A DNA stretch of 60,485 nt from positions 5,639,353-5,699,837 of the forward strand of contig JAUZTB010000070.1 of assembly GCA_034780895.1 (NCBI GenBank), given 5' to 3'. This stretch comes from Rhynchobatus australiae. Its lineage: Eukaryota. Both the position numbers and the translations under genes were made by a program. The notes under the pieces were generated by a model that had not been told where the DNA came from, did not search any database, and worked only from the letters and a program-made list of their open reading frames with translations. Shown piece after piece: positions 51,758 through 60,485 of the stretch. Within the stretch, counting starts at the first letter, position 1. Each line of letters begins with the position of its first letter.

Positions 51758-53593
51758 AGAGGTACCAGATGTTGTCTGCTGCTTGGACTTCACTATAGGC
51801 CAGTGCTTCAATGTTTTGTTGTCATGTTAATTTTATGTTATTTTTAATTTCATGTTAAGATTTNNNNNNNNNNNNNNNNNNNNNNNNNNNNNNNNNNNNN
51901 NNNNNNNNNNNNNNNNNNNNNNNNNNNNNNNNNNNNNNNNNNNNNNNNNNNNNNNNNNNNNNNTAAGATTTGACTTTACCCCAAGTATGGAGATGAAAAA
52001 ACTCTTTGGACAGGCCCTGAGTAGATTCTCTGGCAAGGACTGACTTTTAAATTTAAGGTGTTGTGTAGGAGTCTGGACAAAACCAGTGCTTCTTTTTGTG
52101 ACATCCCTAAAGCAGACGGCTACTTCACAGCTTCATAATAATTCCAGGCTGTTATGGATCCCATCTGCAGCATTAATGGAACATTAGTTATGTTGCCCTT
52201 GTTTTGACCGAGTCTGCTGATCTCCCTCCCACTGTCTCCACAGACTTTTGTCTGTTAGGACATCTATTTTCTGACGTTCATAGTGACTCTCTGTTGTACT
52301 CTTCCAGTTGTCTTATTTCATGGCTAATTACTCAAACTGATTTGTTGTCACACCCTCTGTTCCTCTCTAGTCAGACTGATACCCCACCCCGGATATTTCA
52401 AATGGTAATCTCAATACCCTCCCCCTGCTGGGGTATGGTTCAATAATCAGTCACTGATTATCAACACATCTTGGTAGCTGTTGTCCATGTGTTGAAATTT
52501 ATAATGTGTGTTGGAGGGATATTTAAAATAGAGGCAGGGCTGACTCTAATCTGCAGATACTATGGAGGGTTCAGATTATGATCTCTGAAACTGAGGAAGG
52601 TTTTGATCTGCAGTACCAGCTTCTCAGTACTGCTCACTCAGTTTTTAAAACCCCTAATATAGAAAACTTGATCTCTCAGATGGTTTCTGCATTTTACCAA
52701 GCCTGATAATTCCCTCCCGTCACCACCTTTACCGAGCCATTCTGTGTTTTGAATCAGACCAATCCTTTCCCCAGTCGAAAATGTCGTCAATCTAGAAGCA
52801 TGAACTAAGTGTTTGCGGGTCAGACCCAACTCAAAGCAGGAGGGAAAGTTGCTGGAAATGAAGAAGTTTTGATAATTTTCTCAAATTGCTTTAAAATTAC
52901 TCTAAATTTCAACTGCTGCCCTAATCCACCAGAACATGGAAGAGTACATAACAAGATTAAAGTTACAGTTTAAAGGAGATATAAATATGGTTATGAGAAG
53001 GACTGGTGAGAACTGAGACCGATGGAAGCATCATCATTAAGTGATGGTCTGTGGAACCAATAACCAGCAGTAACCTGGGCCACAGCCACTGCCAAGGAAT
53101 AGGGAGCCATCCTTCAGCAAGGTTTGGCTTTACCAGTTTCTGATACCACGGTGCACAACTTAGGCATTTTTTTGACGTTAAGTCCTGCGTGCCATTCAGT
53201 GTTACCAACAATGGGAGTTCAAAGACCACCTTTGAATTGATTTCAGTCTATCTGTCACCCTCAGCAAGCTTGTTGCTTCAGCTTGAATTAGGGACTTTGT
53301 TCTGTTCCATTTCCTCTTTCTCAAAATGAGGCAAGGGAATGGAATTTAGAGGCAATGTTACACCAAGTTTCTCACAGCAAGTGAAAAAGCCTCATCAGAG
53401 TGTACCAATTTGTCTGACATATTCTCCTTCCTGTGCTTCAGCCTCTGGGTGGAAGTACTCCCGGGAGCCTTGAAACACCATCACAGCTCCCATTAATCTA
53501 CAGAAGAGCAGAGTGATCCTTCAACAAGGCATTGGGTTCGTACTTCTAAATGAAAAGCTGATTTGAACAGAACTCAGACACATAGGAAATTAC

Positions 53594-53691
53594 CTTATAT
53601 GGAATAGGAGAGTCGTAGTGTTCCGGAATTTCCCAGCTGAGCAACACAGAGGTCTTCGTTGCAAGCTTAACTCGGAAATTTTTAGGGAAAA
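53594..53691 (-). CDS. PTPRS: Exon, 98 nt: (V)FPKNFRVKLATKTSVLLSWEIPEHYDSPIPYK, start of last FN3 repeat
   Basis: tttcagcag acceptor (NAGNAG), AAG|gtaatt donor; KTSVLLSWE family motif; phase 1 to 0. Confidence 0.95.
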
Positions 53692-54322
53692 CTGCTGAAA
53701 AAGAAAGCAAATTAAAAGAAAATGTCCCACGACAATGCAAACAGACATTAGCTTTCTGTCAGTGCACCCTTAAACGTGGCCAACTGGAAACACATCAGAA
53801 GGTAATGAAGGAAATTTCCTGAGAATTTTTTTTGTACATATTCAATTAAATCTTCCATTTCTTGTGCCTCATTTGAGATACCTTAACATTGAGTACAGAA
53901 GTACTACCACATACCCACCAGCAATGCATTGGTTGTCATTTGGTAGTCACCAAATGGTCTCTTCCCCAACAAACATTGAAGTACTAGTCTGCTGGATCTG
54001 CTCAGCTGGTCAATGCTTCATCTGGCAAGCTGGGCACAGAAGCAAAACCAGATGTCCATGTGACCACCATGCCTCTCTGGCTAGTGGCCTGTACGTCTTC
54101 TAGAACACCTAGACTAACTGCTTATTGCTACCAGTCAGAAGTACAGAACAGCAGTCGTTCCTACCTGTGCAGTTAGGTTTGGAGCATGGAGCGTACAGCC
54201 CAATGAGGACCTTCTCTACTGGGTATGACCTGCTGACCCCAAATGATGGCCTTACCTGCATGAGCAATGAAGCATTCTGAAGCTACCAACAGCTTGCTTT
54301 CAGCAGACCTGACATATTTTAC

Positions 54323-55001
54323 CTTGGGATTTGACGCNNNNNNNNNNNNNNNNNNNNNNNNNNNNNNNNNNNNNNNNNNNNNNNNNNNNNNNNNNNNNNN
54401 NNNNNNNNNNNNNNNNNNNNNNNNNNNNNNNNNNNNNNNNNNNNNNNNNNNNNNNNNNNNNNNNNNNNNNNNNNNNNNNNNNNNNNNNNNNNNNNNNNNN
54501 NNNNNNNNNNNNNNNNNNNNNNNNNNAATGTGAGGCTAGTCTGGGAGGATCTGGTGGACACTTCAGTGGGATTGCTCTGGGCACCTGCCTGTCTCCAGGA
54601 GACAGTGTATGAAGTGATGATGCCATTTCTTTCTGCCAAGACCGGGGGCAGCCAGCCAAACTGAACCGATGAGGTGGTGATATTTGCCAAGTCCAGGATC
54701 TGTGGGTAGCCTTTGGGCACGTCTTCTGGGAGAGTGAGCTGCTTGACATCCTCTATCCCGATGCCAGCGGTGTTGCGGGCTGCCAACCTGAACACGTAGG
54801 TGGCACCTTTGTGCAGGCTGTGGGCCACGTATTGATACTCGTGGTCCGAGAACTCCAGTGTCGTCAGGGGCGATACGTCCACACGCCCCAACCGAAGTTG
54901 ATAGCCAAGGAGTTGTCCGAACGTTTCCAAAGGAGGCTGCCATTCCAACACGACTGTGCTCTCTTGCGTTAGACGGACTGAGAGTGAGGGACTGTTGGGA
55001 A
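54323..55001 (-). CDS. PTPRS: Large exon encoding two FN3 repeats, (V)PNSPSLSVRLTQESTVVLEWQPP...SQTSLT[gap]VKSQ; interrupted by N gap 54338-54526
   Basis: Acceptor tttgcctttcag before 55001; LHKGATYVFRLAARN and WLPPVLAERNGII match LAR-family FN3 repeats. 3' end inferred from CAA G|gtaaaa (phase 1) beyond the gap, so less certain. Confidence 0.88.
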
Positions 55002-55469
55002 CTGAAAGGCAAAATACACAGAGTTTTCTTATGTCATAAATGGAGGACGATCAGCCCATCAAGTCCATGCCAGCTTTCAGAACAATCTCGCTCCCCCAGT
55101 AACTTTCCTTGTAGCCTACTCTCTGAGTAACTTATCCAAATACCACAAGCTTTTACATTAATAAAATGTATATCATTTCATTTCTATCAAACAAGGGCAC
55201 AGCTTCCAGACTAACTGCTTATTCCCCTGGAATGATATTTTACTGATGCAAAGGTAGCATCTCAAATTAGACTTCTTGGTGACATTCGGAGTCACGTCTG
55301 TTAAATAAATGAAGAAAAAAGTGGATTAGCAATGGCAGGTCCCCTGGTCATTGAGGAAAGGAAGGGAGACGCGGAAGGGCAGAGAAACTGTGGGTTAACT
55401 CTGATGGCCTCCCTACTGAGAAGCCAAGTGAAGTGACACCAACATCACGCCCTCAGGAGAAATGAGGGA

Positions 55470-55748
55470 AACACACCTCAACACTCAAGGTTCAGCAACA
55501 GCTTCTTCCCCACTGCCCTCAGGTTCAGAAAACCCAAACACTGCCTCTGGCTATTTTTTTCTCTCTCTCAACTTGCACCAATGTCATGTTTATTTTGTTC
55601 ATTTTGTCATGTAAATTATGTATAATTTGTGTTAATTTAAGTTTATGTTAGCTTATGTTTGTCATGTCTGTAACATACTATGCTACTGCTGCAAAGGCTA
55701 ATCCTCATGGCATTTATACCCTGAGCAGGTATGCCTATGACAATAAAC
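55470..55748 (+). mobile_element. Rex1/Babar-like LINE 3' end
   Basis: aggttcagcaacagcttcttccccactg...tatgacaataaac. Confidence 0.55.
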
Positions 55749-56417
55749 AATAGAACAATATGCTCTTAAGGAGACATACTGCGATGGGGTGCAACTCCCA
55801 GCAGTGATACAGACTCTTTGGTAGGGAATTGGTTAGCCTTCATATACCCTCTCTGTTTTCCTTTCCATTGATGGTAGTTTGGTCAAGGAAGCAACAGGCA
55901 TCAGTTCTATCGCCACTAGTTATCCATCACTGACTATCTCCCACATTGAATCAGCCCCAGATTGGAGGTGTATCGGTGAGATCAAGTTTCTTTGTAATAG
56001 CTTTTCCCAGTTAAGCAAATTCAGTTCTGAGGTAATGACAGTTGCTGGCAGGCTGTTGTCCTGATTAACGGTGCAGTTCTGTATGTAAATGAACAGCAAA
56101 GATTTTTCATTCAATTTAACGCCGCACTAAGCTCAATTTGCCTGCCGTAATTTTCACAGCTCCCTTTTCATCCTTTCCCTTAATCACTATGGACCAGCTA
56201 AACAGAGATTTATCAAAGTGGCAAAAACAAAATTAAGTTGCCAGTGGGTGAGAGTCATTAGACAATGAGGCGGATGGCTCGCTTTACGTTTGAAATTTTA
56301 AAATCTTTTCCAATCTATTTAACCCCCGGGAGGAAATGAGGTTGAACAAAGATTCAGTCTGTATTCCTTAGCCATGGCAAGCCAACAGTGTGGCAGTGTA
56401 GGTGAAGGGCAAAAAAC

Positions 56418-56507
56418 GAGCTGCTGGAGGAACTCAGCAGGTCAGGCAGCATCTGCAGAGGGTGACGGACTGTCGACATTTCGGGTCGGGACCCTCCAGC
56501 TGAACTG
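56418..56507 (-). mobile_element. Penelope-derived terminal-repeat fragment
   Basis: ctggaggaactcagcaggtcaggcagcatctg...gacatttcgggtcgggaccct. Confidence 0.7.
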
Positions 56508-57479
56508 AAGAGCTGTTGCTTCAAGTTCAATCAGCAACAGTTCCCCACTGTTGTTATTGTTTCCCAGACTGAATAGCAGCACTGACGCAAGAACATCTGG
56601 AGAAGGATGCAGAAGTCCTTGTTGAGGTTCACCCTGATCAGCTGCATCACAGAGGACTCTCTGATCTATGGGCTGTTCCCAGGGACACACACTGAGACAG
56701 ACATCAAGTGCTGCTGGAAGGTCATCGACTGGGTGCAAGACACCCTTTGCTCTGCCTGTAACTTGTTGGTCTTCCAGTGTAATGTGATGTCTGTAGGGAG
56801 CGCTGCCGACTGACACAGTCCAGGCTGCAGGAGGACGTGCTGAGGGATGCACTGAGGCTCGGTGCAGCCACCATAAAGGCTTTGGGGGAAGGACCGCAGT
56901 CTAGGGTCCTGCCGTCACTGGACATTGAGGAACTGGGTCCTGTGTAACAGCCTCTCAAGCACTTCATGGATGCATTGTTCAAAGAGGAAGCATGAGTGTC
57001 AATGATGCATTCTAAATAGAATGTATTGATGTGATGGCACAATGAATGTAAAGAGAGACATGTACTGTATTGCTTTTTTTGCGTTTTTGTTTAATGAATA
57101 AAGTATATTGTTGAAATAGGCCCAAGGCCCACCACACAATCCACTGCCTGGTTTGAACAGAGTAGATTAGATGATGCCTCTAAAGATTTGGCAGGGGGAT
57201 GTGAGTCTGCAATTTGAAGGGGGAAGAATGGTCTGAGGAAAGCAAGATGTCTATTTTTAGATTCTCAGAAGAATGAATTATGCAAATGTCTTGTCTGTAA
57301 ATCTCAGGCCCAAGACAACCTCTGATGATTGCATTGTTCACCTGATTTAACCCTTCTGGAATCCTCACTTAGATGAGTTGAATTTTGTTCAGTTGACTTA
57401 CTAACTGAGTTGGATGCACAAGTTATAAAGAACCATAACTGAAAAATGAAGCTAAGGAGACTCACCCACAGGTATAAAA

Positions 57480-57870
57480 ATGTATTTCATTATTCAATGT
57501 ATAAATCATCCAAACTCCTACATTAGATTGTGTGTAATTTACTTACAGATTTCCATCTTATATAGATAAACCATCTAAGTGCATAATCTCAACTCCTGCC
57601 TACACCTCACTCTTGGGAATCCACATTTTATATGTAAACCATCTGAACCCTGTCATTCACTTTCCAGTATTCATTGTTCAATACATAAATCATGCAAATT
57701 CTTCTAATGGATTTCAATTTGTAACTTGCTCCTGGGTTTTGCAGTCTATATAGAAATCATCTGAACCTCATGATTAGACCCCCGCTTGTAACTCACTCCT
57801 GAATATCTATTACTCTCTGCATTAACCATCTGATCCCTTTTAATTTGGATTGCAATCTGGAACTCCTCTC
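57480..57870. repeat. Degenerate tandem repeat, period about 65 bp
   Basis: aa(t/c)catct(g/a)a-like motif near 57505, 57568, 57636, 57687, 57754, 57823. Confidence 0.55.
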
Positions 57871-58389
57871 AGCTACCTATTATTTGCAGTACTTTTCATC
57901 AAATCAGAAAAAAAACATGTTGTAAAATCAAACAAAAGCATTGGCCTTAGGGGTCTTTGTGATCAGTCTCTGCTCAGTTTATCTGCAGCACTTAAAGGAG
58001 ATGACAAGCTGGCCATGAGAAACATGCAAGGTTGAAACCTAACTGCAGGCATCACCCAGCACCATGCAGGGCACACTTTAATTCAGAACCTGCGCTTGTG
58101 TGACTTAGGTGATGTCAGAGATAGGCAGCAGACATAATTTCCATTTATCTGGCAGCTTCCAAATTGCAAAATGTCCCTGAACATTCACAGGAGTGTTGAC
58201 AACCAAAACATGACACTGAAGTACATTAAGAGTAAAAGGCCAGTTTTTTTAAAATTCATCACTAGGATGTGAGCATTGGGGCAAGTTTGCATTGCTGGTC
58301 CATCTCTTATTGTCCTTGAGAAGATTACTATGAACAGTCTTTCCTCTGAAGGTATTGTTACAATTTTATTGGGTCCAGACCAAAAGCTT

Positions 58390-58880
58390 AGTTAAAGATG
58401 TGCAGCTGAAGGAGCATTTTCAAGGTGGAAAAAGAGGAACAGACGTGGGTGGAAAGAGTTTCAGAGCTTCGGGCCTTGGCAACTGAAGACATGTCCACCA
58501 AAGCTGCAGTTCAGGAATGCAAAATAAAAAAAATGCTGGAAAGACTCAGCATGTCAGGTAGCATCTGATGAAGACTCTTCTGCCTGTTTTTATTTCAGAT
58601 TTCCAGCATCTGCAGTTTTATTTAATTTCTAAAGTTCAGGAATGCTCCAGATTTAGAGCGTGAGCTCAGTAACTGGGAATGGGTGTTGCTCCCAGGACAG
58701 AGTTTAGGAGGGGCAAAGCCATGCAGGGATTTAAAAACGTGGGAAAAGAATTTTAAAATTGAGCTTTTGCTTAATCTGAGCCAATGTAAGTCAACAAGCA
58801 CAAGGACATCGGGCGAATGGGATCTGGCATGAGTTTGGTTTGTATAGCAGAGTTTTAGATGACTATGGAGCAATTTCGAT
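58390..58880 (-). mobile_element. L2-like LINE fragment containing a short Penelope-derived insert (about 58520-58622)
   Basis: VLVDLHWL...KFFSHVFKSLHGFAP resembles the C-terminal LHWLP...VFKSLHGLAP motif. Confidence 0.6.
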
Positions 58881-59394
58881 CAGGACTGTGTTAAATGGTT
58901 AAGACTAGCTATTGGAGCAAAGCTGTAAATTAATTAGTCATCTGAAATGAAGCCAAGAGACTGCCTTGGTTTAAAAGGACCCCAGTTTTCTCTTATCTTT
59001 GGACTGGTCTGTTATAGGATTTCCCCTTCNNNNNNNNNNNNNNNNNNNNNNNNNNNNNNNNNNNNNATTGTAATTTAATTCAAACAAAGGAAGTCATCTT
59101 AATTCATCTCTGATCCCTTGAAGTGCCAGTGCATCCTGGGTCATTGTTATATCCCTAACGCCATTGAGATAAGAACACCAATCCTTCTCTGTATTCTATC
59201 ACAAACTTCTGATGTGTTGCCCTTTTCTCTCATAATTATTGTGGCTCTGCCTTTGGTTGGTTATCGACCTGGAGTTTGTTCTGCACCTCTTGACTCCATG
59301 AGGCCTCGTAATACTGCTGTATTCTACAGTTTTCGGATATATCAGAATGATCATGCTGACTTAGTCTTCAGCTTTCCTTAAGTCATTGACTCAT

Positions 59395-59706
59395 ATAGGA
59401 TGGAAAAGGCCCCTTTGGCATCAAGCATCAAGCATTCATTTACGCTAATTCCACTTTATTCTCCTCACATCCCCATCAACTCCCTTGATCCTATGACTCA
59501 CCTTTACACAAGGGGTAATTTACATTGGCCAATTAACTTACCAACGGCGCATCTTTGGGATGTGGGAGGAAACAGGAACACCTGGAGGAAACCCTCACAG
59601 TCACAGAGAGAACATGCAAACTCCAAACAGACAGCAGCCGAGGCTGGGATCGAACCTAGGTCACTGGACTTGTGAGGCAGTAGCTCTACTAGCAGTGCCA
59701 CTGCGC
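59395..59706 (-). mobile_element. tRNA-derived V-domain SINE
   Basis: gggatgtgggaggaaacagg...ggaggaaaccc; gggatcgaacc (B box on minus strand). Confidence 0.8.
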
Positions 59707-60485
59707 TATTCCTTATCGGGCTAACTATTGAACTCTAGTCCATGGAAGTTGCAAGCTCAAAACCATCCATCCTTTCTCCCCAAGTCAAAAAGGACTTACC
59801 TTCCATTGCTCCCCAACCTGCCTCCATCCCCTGCCCACCTCTCTCAACCCTCACATCTCCTGTCCCAATTTGTTTTTTCTTTATCTTCATTGTGCTGGGG
59901 CAACAGTAATTGGTACATCGCTGGTGTAAGTCTCTTCAATATAGCGCCCACTTTGTAGGAGAATACAGACAACTTCAGTAGGCAAAAGACAATTGCAATT
60001 TTCTTTTAAGATGGTGATAAATTTTGGGGAAAAAAAACATTAAAATTAGAAACAGGCCAGAGGTGACTAACCAATGAGATGAAGGTCAGCCAAAGTCCAG
60101 CTGAATACAGGATGGAAGCAAAGGGTTGAATGGGCCACTTTGGTAATTGGTTTATTATTGTTGGATCCCAATTCATACACCATCCTCACACCTGCATTCC
60201 CAGGCTGAGTCGCTGGATGGCTGTCGGAATGGGGAAGCCCGACTAGTCTCCCTGTCCTATTCCTTGGGTGAGGAGACTATCAACTGATTGTCATAATCCT
60301 GGCTGAGAGCAGGCAGCTCAGCAGTGTGTGCAGTAGTCAGCACCTCCTTGGTGCAGGTGATTTCCAGATCACAGGAAGGATGTGATAGCACCAGAGAAAC
60401 TGCAGACGAGACTTCGGAGGATGTTGGCAGGACTGAAAATTATCGTCATGGGGGATGATTCTCTGGTGTTGCTTGGATATGATGG

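Noticed and set aside
55002-60485. The preceding FN3 exon expected upstream of 55001
   Set aside because: No matching sequence found by eye; probably outside the window

Overview
Vertebrate genomic DNA with many N gaps. The repeat content (tRNA/V-domain SINEs, CR1 LINE tails, Penelope-derived palindromes) suggests a cartilaginous fish, probably a ray-like species; this is inference. The window is the interior of one minus-strand gene, a LAR-family (type IIa) receptor tyrosine phosphatase closest to PTPRS. I reconstructed 10 core coding exons with matching GT-AG phases from 55001 down to 1861: FN3 repeats, furin site, transmembrane helix, juxtamembrane/wedge and the N-terminal half of phosphatase domain D1. 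There is also a 12-nt meC-type micro-exon and a cluster of three frame-preserving phase-1 micro-exon candidates (33, 45, 42 nt) at 26934-27301. Both gene ends lie outside the window. Introns hold SINEs, CR1/Rex1/L2 fragments, a 409-bp solo LTR with a 4-bp TSD, Penelope-derived elements carrying degenerate minimal hammerhead ribozyme motifs, and tandem repeats. Nearly all other ORFs in the track are spurious. Homolog comparisons are from recalled sequences, not from searches, and repeat boundaries are approximate.
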